Origin: Octopus sinensis
Taxonomy: Eukaryota
Assembly: GCF_006345805.1 (NCBI RefSeq)
Contig: NW_021823834.1
Location: forward strand, 1-21,006
Reading direction: 5' to 3'
DNA length: 21,006 bases
Positions within the stretch are counted from its first letter, which is position 1, and each line of letters opens with the position of its first letter. The position numbers were made by a program, and so were the translations under genes. Below, piece by piece: positions 10,290 through 19,217 of the stretch. A model generated the notes under the pieces. The model ran no database searches, had not been told where the DNA came from, and saw only the letters and a program-made list of their open reading frames with translations.

Positions 10290-11273
10290 ATAAACTACTT
10301 AATCATATTTTCAAAATCTGATACAAAATTAGATGTTAAACTCCGCAGCAACTGACTTAGATGAACATCCGTTAGTCTATTGCGGTATCTGTTCTTAATT
10401 CTAGCTATTTTGCTGAAAATGGATTTATATGCTTACGTTGATCCGAAAATTGAAGCATTCATATATGCATTATTCACAAGATTCCTAAATTTTTCTTTAT
10501 GTAGACATTGGTAAAATTCTAAGAAAAGTATTATAAAATAAGGCACTTATCTCTAAATTAGTTGTCAAATCACTTAATTCCATTTGGAATCGTACAGGAC
10601 ATTTTCCAATTTTGACATCAAAAGATGTCGCAAATATTTTGATTGTGGATAAGTTTTCTTTAAAATTCTATATTTTATTATATTTATAATTTAGCCTCAA
10701 AGCGGCACTCAAATTGATAAATTAAGTCGCCAATTATTGATATATATTTTTTATACGATGCGCTTTCCGTATTTTCCGAGAGCATAGGAAAACCAAAGAA
10801 TGTCTATTTGAAAGTTGAATCTTCCACAAATATAGTTTTTTGAATAAAGAGGATATAAATCCATATAATTGATAGCAAAGCTTGTCTTTTCCTTGTAAAT
10901 CAATGTTCAAATCCGAAATTTATAATGAAAAATCAACAAAAAATTCAAAGTCGGCAACCTATTTTGATTATTCAGTTGAAGATATTGTTGTTTATGAGGA
11001 ATAAACTTTTTAATTTCAGAAAGCAATTTATAAAACCTACAAATAATTTATAATTATCATATAGCTTTTTAAACATACAGAACGACTCAACCATCTAACT
11101 GCAGTATAAATAATAACATCTCCACAATCGGCATCAATATCATTTATAAAAGATTTGAAGTTTTGATGATTGAGGGCGTTTGTCCTTATCCAATTAACGA
11201 TGAATACAACGATTTTGAAACATTTTCCATTTTTATTGTTTTTGTAATTTAATTTTCTTGATGAATAACACAA
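10290..11273 (-). mobile_element. hAT (Buster/Charlie/SPIN group) transposase remnant, catalytic-to-C-terminal part
   Basis: IVNWIRTNALNHQNFKSFINDIDADCGDVIIYTAVRWLSRS, RFYKLLSEIKKF, LNIDLQGKDKL, FQMELSDL, SIFGST...IKNRYRNRLTDVHL. Many stops and frameshifts. Confidence 0.85.
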
Positions 11274-11353
11274 TGATACTATAAACCTCTTATAAACAAA
11301 TAAAAAAATAAAACTTATTATATAATTTTAATTTAAATATTAATTATAAAATA

Positions 11354-12709
11354 ATGGTTATAGTGGAATTAACACTTGAAACAATTCAAAAAATTAAGAA
11401 TTTCAGTGAATCCGGACTACTAGATGAATGCATCGACTGGAGGGAAAGGGCAAAAATCAAGCGATATGCCGAAAGTTTCACTTTCAAGAATTCCGCAGCC
11501 TACATTGCTAAAAATGGTCGAGAGTTGCGATTCTTTTGTATTTAGGAAGCTGAATTAAAGCTCAAATACATTGAAGTTTGATATTTTCTGATTTAAAATA
11601 GGCTCAACACAATTTAAACCACTTTGGTCGAGATAGATTATATAGTTTATTGTCACTGACGATTTATGGTGCAAGACGTAGTGAAGTTGCCACTGTGGTA
11701 TCTAAATGCGTTTATTGTAAGGTTATTTATTTATTTTAACAAGTTTAGTCTAAACGAATGCTTTCTACCAAACCTATAATTACGCCTATCATTGCTTATG
11801 CACCGAGAGACCGGTACATCGTAGATCTTGTTGATTTAAGGCGATATTCTGCACAAAATGAAGATTATTCCTGGGTTTATTATTTTTCAATGTGGATCTT
11901 TCCAAAAAATACGAAAAAAGGAAATTGGAAGCACTATTAGATTTTGATGGTCAAAATGAAGACGCGGAAATCCATTCTACTTCGCATCGAAAAAATTTGG
12001 AGGGTGAAGAAAAACGAAAAATTGCCCTCGAAAATATTGTTAAATCTGGCGAAAAAATGAAAAAGCGAAGAAGATGGAAGCACGACGAAATTGAACATGG
12101 TGATGAGATTTTAATACGTCACGATGAGGACGCAAACGTGGGTAATAGAAAATATCCGCTGTACGACCAAGTTTCAACAAAAAAACATAAAGTAACAAAC
12201 ACTGACGGAGAGATGATCACCATTCTTGATGATGAAGAAATAGAAAACACCGTTCATATAAGCCGCGTAAAAAAGTTGTAATAACTTAAATTTCCTTAAT
12301 TTTTTGATTTTTATTTTTTTGAGTCTAAGAGAATGTTTTGGAAAAATACCTCTAGAAAGTTAGGGTATCAAAAATACCAAGGGTATAGGGTCTAGTAGCA
12401 AGCTGAAAGATCTGCCCGTAGGGCTGTCGGTTAGTTTAGTCTTATAAGTTTAATATTATAAATTTTAATTAATATTTTTAATAAATTTCGTCGCAAAAAT
12501 TAGTTTGGTTAACCATTTTCCGTGAATTTTTTAAATAGAATCAAAAAACTCTACGAAATCACAATCTCTGAAATAATTAAGAAAAAATTAATAATTTCAG
12601 ATATTTATTGAAGAGATCAACAAAAGAACATCAGAAATGTAATTTTTTTTAATTTATTAATATTTTCAAAACCTCGCAGCCCTGGCGTCTCGCAGCCCTG
12701 GACTGTGAC
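11354..12709 (+). mobile_element. Ginger-like (retroviral-type integrase) DNA transposon, internally deleted, with two mini-introns
   Basis: ATG at 11354, premature TAG at 11543. Introns 11576-11601 (26 nt) and 11722-11748 (27 nt, contains an in-frame TAA). The spliced product has HHCC (HNLNH...CVYC) then KPIITPII...PRDRYIVDLVDLRRYS...YSW (first catalytic D region). It then jumps near 11880-11895 to a C-terminal domain (ORF 11892-12281). The element ends in TGTGACA at 12703-12709 after a duplicated CTCGCAGCCCTGG. Confidence 0.8.
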
Positions 12710-12744
12710 ATAGATTTTTTGTTAAACAAATTTGGCACGTGGAT

Positions 12745-12830
12745 ATTTCAGAAATACAATCTCCTTGCAAATTAATTGTCGATTCTCTATGAAACAGAAA
12801 TAAATATTATTATCGCAGTCTTTATTTCAG
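12745..12830 (+). mobile_element. Short R4/Dong-like RLE fragment
   Basis: QKYNLLAN*LSILYETEINIII parallels KYDLLANELSVFYEAKVKII at 9270. Confidence 0.55.
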
Positions 12831-13009
12831 ATATCTGGACCATCATTGAGATATCCCCTCTGGTATTTACACTGTTTATAAGCTACTAAGTAGAATTGTG
12901 TTTTAATTAAAATTATCTTAATTTTTAGTTACCCAATTATTAATTGAAAACCTAATAAATTGTGGCACGTGTGAGGATTCTTTTGACATACCTTGTTGTC
13001 CTGTTACAT

Positions 13010-14464
13010 CAGGGGTGGCCAACCGGTCGATCGCGATCGACTGGTCGATCGCGGCATGTTTCGTGGTCGATCGCTCGATATTAAATTGCTAATTATTTTT
13101 TTGTATTTAAATATTATAAAAAAAATATTTATCAATATTAAAGTAAGTATTTTTCACGTGTCTTGTTATGAGGTGTAACAAAAAGTCCAAATCATATAAA
13201 TTTAATGCCAAATGGGAAAAAGACTATATTTTTACGATGCACATGGAAAAATGCACATGTATGCTATGCAATAAAATCATTTCATTACCAAAAGGGGAAA
13301 TCTTTGTCGGCATTTTAATTCTTTACATCCCGAGTTCAACAAACACTTTCCTTTAAATTCCTTATTACGGGAGAGAAAGTTGAACAATTAAAAAAATCTT
13401 TTTTTTCACAACATACAATTTTGAAAAAGTTTATTAATTCGTCCAGATCTGCAACAATTGCATCATTGCGAGTGACTCGTCTCCTCGTAAAACACAAAAA
13501 ACCTTTCACTGATGGGGAAATTTAAAATCTTGTTTTTTGGAAGCTGCCGATTCACTATTTGATGGTATGAAAAATAAACAGGAAATTTCAAATTGCATCA
13601 AAGAGCTTCAGCTCTCAAAACAGTCAATTGTCAGAAGGGCTGAAAGCATTTCTGAAAATCTTCTTTCGCAGTTAAAAAAGGATCTTTACGCATGTTCGTG
13701 TTTTTCTCAATTTAGAATTACAGGGAAAGAATAGATATATTATCGATATGATCAGTTCAATAAATGCTTTCATAATGAAGTTGGAATTATGGATATCTCA
13801 AATCAGAAAAGAAAATTTTACCCATTTTCCTAACATTGAAGATGAATTCACAAAACAACTTGTGAATAAAAATCATTATGTCAATGAATTTGCTATGGTA
13901 CTAGAAAAAATAATGAACGAGTTTAAAACAGATTTAGCGATTTCAAGAAAATTAATATTTTGCAGTTTCTTTGTTTCTCCGTTCATGGATGTAGACATCG
14001 AAAATATTTCTGAAGAATTTAGCAAGATTTTTGACGTTGATCGAAGAAAAAGTCAAATAGAAATTATAAATCTAAAAAATGACATCACTTTAAAATTACA
14101 TTCAAATGTCAACATGTGGAAATTATGTCTCAGGAAAAATATCCAATTTTGATTGATTCGTATCAACGAATTCTTTCATGCTTTGGAAGCACATATTTAT
14201 CCAAAACATCATTTTCAAGTATGAAAATGATAAAATCTCAATACAGGACACGTTTAACGGATGACCATCTTGGGGATTGCATGAGAATAGCAATAAGCTT
14301 ATACGAGCCAGAATTTGAAATAATCGCAAGTGAATTACAATGCCAAAAATCGCATTAATTTTTAATTGTAAAATAAAATTTTTGATATTAAAATATATAA
14401 GTCGATCTCCAAAAAATCGCAAAATGAAAAGTAGCTCGCCGGTGAAAAAGGTTGGCCACCCCTG
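13010..14464 (+). mobile_element. hAT Buster/Charlie-type DNA transposon, 1455 bp, non-autonomous (internally deleted)
   Basis: Perfect 15-bp TIRs CAGGGGTGGCCAACC / GGTTGGCCACCCCTG. Identical 8-bp TSD TGTTACAT at 13002-13009 and 14465-14472, with central TA. Transposase pieces: FNAKWEKDYIF...CMLC, KPFTDGE, LSKQSIVRR, FGSTYL...KSQYRTRLTDDHL. The DESTD-to-RWLS core is absent. Subterminal GTCGATCGC repeats include a 16-bp palindrome at 13026-13041. Confidence 0.97.
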
Positions 14465-15014
14465 TGTTACATTATTTGGTCAATCTTTATTTTTTTATTT
14501 AATTGGATTAGAAGGAATATTTTGCGATGTAGTTTCTTGTAATTAATAAATTATCTGAAATTTCATCATTTTGTAATATTTGCGAGTTTATTCTTTCAAT
14601 ATGTTTATTTGAAATCTTCTAATTTATCTTTGTTCATTGAATTTCACCTTATTTTTGATAGAAAGTTCTATTCTTTATATTCTTACGCCAAACATTTATT
14701 TATTTGTTCACGGATTTGGCGATCTGGTATTTTAGCGCCCTAAAATCTAAAATGATCAATTTCTACCAAATTTTAATCATTATTGTTATATTTTTTCCAT
14801 TTCTAGACTTTTTATAAACTGAACACGAATTTAATTATTGTTATATTATTTTTATAAATTATTATGTCTCAGGCCTAGGGTGTTACCGAGTCTAGGTGGG
14901 TATACTTTTGGACTTGGGAAAAAATTCAAAAAAAATATTTGAATTCTATTTCAAAATCTATTTTGTCAAGATAAATATTATAAAATTGAGGAGGAGGATT
15001 CGAGTTCCAAGATT

Positions 15015-15504
15015 TATTTGATGACGGCTCACTCTGACTACAAAGGGAGAGACATTTTCCTTCACTTTGATTTTCGAATTCATTACGCAGTAGTAAAGTC
15101 ACATCACGGAAAAAAACCAAGTTTGTAACTCTTTGGGCTTACAAGGAATTTATGAATTTGAAAAGGTTTAGTCCTCCGTTCATGATTTAAGAATACATGC
15201 CAGCGGTATTTTGTGTCCGAGGCCTATTTGTGTAAAAAAACATGTGCTTTTAATGTCTTTGGTGGGAAATAATTACATGGCTGCTCCTACATTGAAATTT
15301 GTCACTTTAACCCCACGGAAATTGTCATTGGCCTACGAAAAAACGGGCCAGTTGATGGAGAATTTGTATAAGAAGTGTCAGTTTGTACATGCCGATTTGA
15401 ATGCTTACAATTTGTTGTATTATAAAGGAGACATCTGGGTTGTTGATGTTGCGCAAGCGGTCCTGACTTCGCATCCCAACGCACTCGAATTTTTGTTAGG
15501 CGAT
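15015..15504 (+). pseudogene. 5'/central part of a RIO-family kinase gene (RIOK3-like), truncated by a satellite and an RTE insertion
   Basis: KIYLMT...GRDIFLHFDFR, a frameshift near 15085-15117, then VTLWAYKEFMNLKR | 26-nt intron | IHASGILCPRPICVKKHVLLMSLVG...APTLK...LYKKCQFVHADLNAYNLLYY...VVDVAQAV..HPNALEFLLGD. KKH, AY, LY..C and W..DV favour RIOK3 over RIOK1 by recollection. Confidence 0.85.
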
Positions 15505-15657
15505 TTGAAAATTGTTTTGTTATTTTGAAAATTGTTTTGTATTTTGAAAATTGTTTTGTTTTTTTGAAAATTGTTTTGTTATTTTGAAAATTGTTTTGTT
15601 TTTTTGAAAATTGTTTTGTTATTTTGAAAATTGTTTTGTTATTTTGAAAATTGTTTT
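15504..15657. repeat. Minisatellite, ~7.5 copies of 20-bp TTTGAAAATTGTTTTGTT(A/T)T
   Basis: Read directly. It shares the TGAAAATTGTTT core with the 12-bp array; further short copies lie at 17507-17545 and 17985-18045. Confidence 0.97.
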
Positions 15658-17506
15658 ATTATTATTATTATTTGCAACATACGTAGAATCATATTAGTTA
15701 TAATTTTACTCGTGCAGCATTAAAAACAATCCTTTGAACCAGCCTCCTCCAACCTCCTCTGTCGTGAGCGAGTTTCCTCAGCTCGTCCAGATCCTCACCA
15801 CTCCTTAGCCTTTTCTTCACACATTTCAGGTCTCCGTCAAGTGTTTCCGGCAGCGTAACACGTGGACGTCCACGGAAGCTCGATCCCTCTTTCAGGAAGT
15901 AGCCCTCCATTGCTATGTTAGCTGGGGCAAGCATGTCCATTCGTAGAATATGGCCAAATAACCTCCACCGCATATTAACGATTTCCACACTCAGAGGGCC
16001 AGTTCTGCATCTATTGTATAGCGATTCCTGGTTGATTCTTATAGGCCAGTTCAATCCCAGTAGGGATCTAAGTTGCCTGCGGTGAAAAGAATCGAGTCCA
16101 CGTTGTTCAGTACTAGACATTCCCCAGGTCGCCGAATTATATGTCAGGATTGGTTTGACAAAGGCTTCATACATCCTCAGACGAAGTGACGTACAGAGTC
16201 GTCGTTTGCCGATCCACTCTTTCTTTATCTTGTTCATCGTGGCCCAAGCGAGAGCCTTTCTTCTGACAATATCATGGCCGTCCCCAAGTAGAGAACCGAG
16301 TTTGTTCGTTTTGCGCCAGGCTTCACTTGAGCTGCTCTCCATCCTCATGATTTCAACGATGTCGGTTTTTCCAACGTTCATTTTAAGGAACCATCTGTTC
16401 AGCTCAGCAGGTGCCACTTCAAGGAGTCGAAGTAAGGCCGATTTGTCGTCTGACCCGAAGTCGACGTCATCTGCATATACAATTTCGACGATATTGCCAG
16501 CATAGAATTTTCGAAGGTCTCGTAGTGCCGTCTCCAGATAGATCACGAATAGCAACGGCGAGAGGGCGTCTCCCTGAGGGGTACCGACGTTGCACGTGAA
16601 TTCACGGGAAAACGCCGTGCCGACCCGCACCTTGAGCTTTGTGTTCGATAGTAGTACTCTTATCATATTGACAGAGTCAGGGTCCAGGAATTGTTCCAGT
16701 ATTTTGAGGAGTAGACCACGGCGTACCGTGTCAAAGGCCCTAGACAGGTCTATTCCCAGGACTGTTGTTGCACTTTTGTATCTCTGGGTGATAGCGCAGT
16801 ACCACTTGTGGGCCCAAACAGCATCGGCGGTGGATCTTCCTGTCCTAAATCCACTATGACTCGGGGATAGATAGTTGTCCACTTGTTCTCTTATTCGGTT
16901 CAGTGTAACTAATCCCAAAAGTTTCCGTAAGGTGTTTAGCAAGATTATAGGGCGTAGATTTTCGACAGGCCCAGCCTGCTTGTTAGGCTTTTGGATCGGT
17001 ATTAATAATCCGGAATCAAGACCGAGGAATTCCTTTTTCATAAACATACCATTGAGTAGCTCCGCATCAAGTTCTTCTGGATTTTTTTGAATACGTCCAC
17101 TGTGTGGCGCGTAGACATTGACAATTGACGTGAGTCTCCTCGACTTGCTGCTTGAGATTGTACGTAGTTGTAAGACGCTGATCCTATCGCTGACTTTCCA
17201 ATATCGATATAGTCTGGAGGTGTGGTTCTTGTGTATTGCGAATCCTTGTCCATAATGTATAGATTCTGAGGGAAGCAGTATTAGGCGATAATTTCCGTGT
17301 ATTTCGTCAAGTCCGTGTTTTACTTTAGTCTCCTGTAGACAGCATATAGAGCCTGGTATTTTTCGAGATCAGTACATAGAAGGTGCCTCTTAGCCACGGT
17401 TTTCAGACCTCTGACATTGAAGGTAAGGATTGTTAGTTCATTAGATTGTTTCGAATGCTTAATAGACATTAGTGCAAGAGAGGCACGTCACCACAAGAGA
17501 GGCACG
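15656..17506 (-). mobile_element. RTE-clade non-LTR retrotransposon with internal deletion, inserted in the 20-bp satellite
   Basis: (TAA)n tail at 15656-15672 after a ~25-nt 3' UTR, with satellite units on both flanks. EN motifs TFNVRG, CCLQETK and NVYAP, plus a complete RT and RTE-type C-terminus (RWRLFGHILR, FRGRPR, LAHDRGGWR). Confidence 0.93.
15698..17368 (-). CDS. Open frame of 556 codons: partial APE endonuclease fused in frame to an intact reverse transcriptase
   Basis: Stop-to-stop frame from 17368 to 15698 (first ATG at 17047, 449 aa). RT motifs: NLRPIILL, HSGFR, GIDLSRAFD, GTPQGDALSPLLF, YADD, KLGSLLG. Confidence 0.9.
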   Translation of the reverse strand, partial: SRKIPGSICCLQETKVKHGLDEIHGNYRLILLPSESIHYGQGFAIHKNHTSRLYRYWKVSDRISVLQLRTISSSKSRRLTSIVNVYAPHSGRIQKNPEELDAELLNGMFMKKEFLGLDSGLLIPIQKPNKQAGPVENLRPIILLNTLRKLLGLVTLNRIREQVDNYLSPSHSGFRTGRSTADAVWAHKWYCAITQRYKSATTVLGIDLSRAFDTVRRGLLLKILEQFLDPDSVNMIRVLLSNTKLKVRVGTAFSREFTCNVGTPQGDALSPLLFVIYLETALRDLRKFYAGNIVEIVYADDVDFGSDDKSALLRLLEVAPAELNRWFLKMNVGKTDIVEIMRMESSSSEAWRKTNKLGSLLGDGHDIVRRKALAWATMNKIKKEWIGKRRLCTSLRLRMYEAFVKPILTYNSATWGMSSTEQRGLDSFHRRQLRSLLGLNWPIRINQESLYNRCRTGPLSVEIVNMRWRLFGHILRMDMLAPANIAMEGYFLKEGSSFRGRPRVTLPETLDGDLKCVKKRLRSGEDLDELRKLAHDRGGWRRLVQRIVFNAARVKL

Positions 17507-17561
17507 TGAAAATTGTTTTGTTATTTTGAAAATTGTTTTGTTATAATTAATGTTGTATTTT

Positions 17562-17745
17562 TTTTTTTTTTTTTTTTTTAAACAAAACTTTAATACAGTC
17601 AAATTAATTAATAGAGAATTAATGTCGTGAACTTGAGGGTTAGTCCGACGACGAAGCACTGCGGATAGAGAGGCAGTTCCCGCGAAGAATTGCAACCGAG
17701 ATGCGCTGGAAAAGCCAGCTCGTCTCCCTCCGGTCATTTGTATTC
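17562..17745 (-). mobile_element. 5'-truncated CRE-clade LINE 3' end with poly(A) tail and TSD
   Basis: Minus frame DRRETSWLFQRISVAILRGNCLSI* matches the CRE C-terminal QRISIA..RGN motif. There is a 22-nt T run at 17558-17579 and an 11-bp direct repeat TGTTGTATTTT at 17551-17561 and 17746-17756. Confidence 0.8.
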
Positions 17746-17802
17746 TGTTGTATTTTGTAAATATTTTGCATTTCCGTTTCAAATATAGACCAATCCATTC
17801 AC

Positions 17803-17850
17803 GTTGCCAACCTTGATATCTACCGGTCACGTGGTCGTAGTGTAGAATAG
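17803..17850 (+). pseudogene. Second copy of the last exon of the RIO-kinase gene
   Basis: VANLDIYRSRGRSVE*; three substitutions relative to 7268-7315. Confidence 0.8.
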
Positions 17851-17984
17851 TGTTATGAAAATAATTTTTATTAATTTTGATTATGTAATTTATGAACAAA
17901 AATAATTTACGTTTGACATTTCTTAGGCTTAAAATAATATTGGGTGCTGATAAGTCTTTTATATGGAATCAATTGTCTTTTGTT

Positions 17985-18765
17985 ACAAAAATTGTTTTGT
18001 TATTTTAAAAATTGTTTTGTTATTTTAAAAATTGTTTTGTTATCATTAATATTGTATTTTTCCTCAAAAGGATTTTATTTATGTAAACCAAAAGAGAAAT
18101 AGTCATTGGCAGATAGCCAGAGTATTGCCTCTGACTATTGCTATAGATATTCTTTCGATTAAATACCGGTGCTCACACGGGTCGCCGGTAACCCTTCCGA
18201 TTAATGAGGCAATGCGCTGGAGTAGGGTCCGTTTCAAACATCGACCAATTTACTCACAGTCTGTCCATCCTTTCCATGTCATATAATGTCGCGCCTCAAA
18301 AAGGAAATTATTTTGGAACATATCTCACGTAATTTTGATATTTCATGTTAATTTGTTTTTGTATAAAATTGTGTATGAATTTTGAAAATTGAAATTTTTT
18401 TGTTATAATTAATGTTGTATTTTGTAAATATTTTGATATTTTGTATTTCTGTTTCAAAGATCGACCAATCCACTCACAGTCTGTCCATTTTTTCCCTGTC
18501 ATATAATGTCGCTCCTAAAAAGTAAATTATTTTGGGACATATCTCAGGTAATTTGGATATTTCATGTTTATTTGTTTTTGTATAAAATTATGTATTAATT
18601 TTGAAAATTGCTTTGTTATAATTAATATTGTATTTTGTATTTTTGTTTCAAACATCGACCAATCCATTCTCAGTCTGTCCTTCCTTTTCCTGTCATTCAA
18701 TGTCGCGCCTCAAAAAGTAAATTATTTTGAAACATATCTCAGGTAATCTTGATATTTTATCTAAA
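17985..18765. repeat. Diverged ~195-220 bp tandem repeat (about three units, plus a disrupted unit at 17507-17802)
   Basis: The anchor GTTTCAAA(C/G)ATCGACCAAT recurs at 18231, 18451 and 18645, with a variant at 17776. Each unit contains TTTTGAAAATTG..TTGTTATAATTAAT.TTGTATTTT. Confidence 0.9.
18061..18230 (-). mobile_element. Second, distinct CRE-clade LINE 3' end
   Basis: Minus frame TLLQRIASLIGRVTGDPCEHRYLIERISIAIVRGNTLAICQ* (TGDP.E..YL..RISIAI.RGN). No long poly(A) tail and no clear TSD. Confidence 0.75.
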
Positions 18766-19217
18766 ATGCGTTATATATTAATTCTAAACTAGAAATCGAT
18801 AAACGCTGTTAGCCTAAATTGAATTAGTTTTAATTACTTTCTGTTGTTTGTGCTAAAGAGGACGCTGGCGAGTATGCTCATTAAACACAAACAAGGAATG
18901 TATGTAGACGACGAAAGTACGCCTCTGTCGCTAATCAAGGCAGAGCTGCAATGCTGACAAGACATACAGCTGTCAAAAACCTTAACACAGTAATGGAGAA
19001 GCAAAGGAAGTTTGTGGCAAACTTTTCTTCAAAAGAAGGGAGGAAAATCATTGACGATCTGGACTTAATTAGATAATTTAGTTGACCATAGCTAATCGAT
19101 TCCAATTAAATACTTTGGAATTACTTCCTGTTTATATCTAATCTATAAACATTCGAAAAAGAAATTTCGTAATTGGTGATTTGGTTTAAATCGAAAAAAA
19201 TTATATTGAACCTTAAT
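18717..19217 (+). repeat. ~500-bp direct duplicate of 7497-8003 (R4-like 3' fragment inside)
   Basis: Colinear match; homology stops exactly at the TGTCACA terminus of the next element. Confidence 0.92.

Noticed and set aside
9344-11545. Stop-codon reassignment suggested by in-frame TAGs in conserved frames
   Set aside because: The TAGs are single-base changes in decayed TEs (TGG to TAG at 9344). ICMT ends at TAG just after its conserved C-terminus, and the 556-codon RT frame has no internal stops.
12345-12396. Helitron-like 3' end (GGTAT-CAAAA-ATACC hairpin upstream of CTAG)
   Set aside because: The stem is only 5 bp and AT-rich, there is no matching 5' TC end or RepHel sequence, and it lies inside the Ginger-like element.
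16155-17090. Plus-strand ORFs 16155-16505, 16411-16599, 16590-16859, 16875-17090
   Set aside because: Antisense or alternative-frame shadows of the RTE reverse transcriptase; no motifs of their own.
17459-17899. 146-aa minus-strand ORF
   Set aside because: Accidental read-through of the RIO exon antisense, a repeat unit, an off-frame CRE end and a poly(A) tail (poly-Lys).
17938-17962. Mariner-like TIR start TATTGGGTGCTGATAAGTC
   Set aside because: No partner repeat or transposase nearby; resemblance only.
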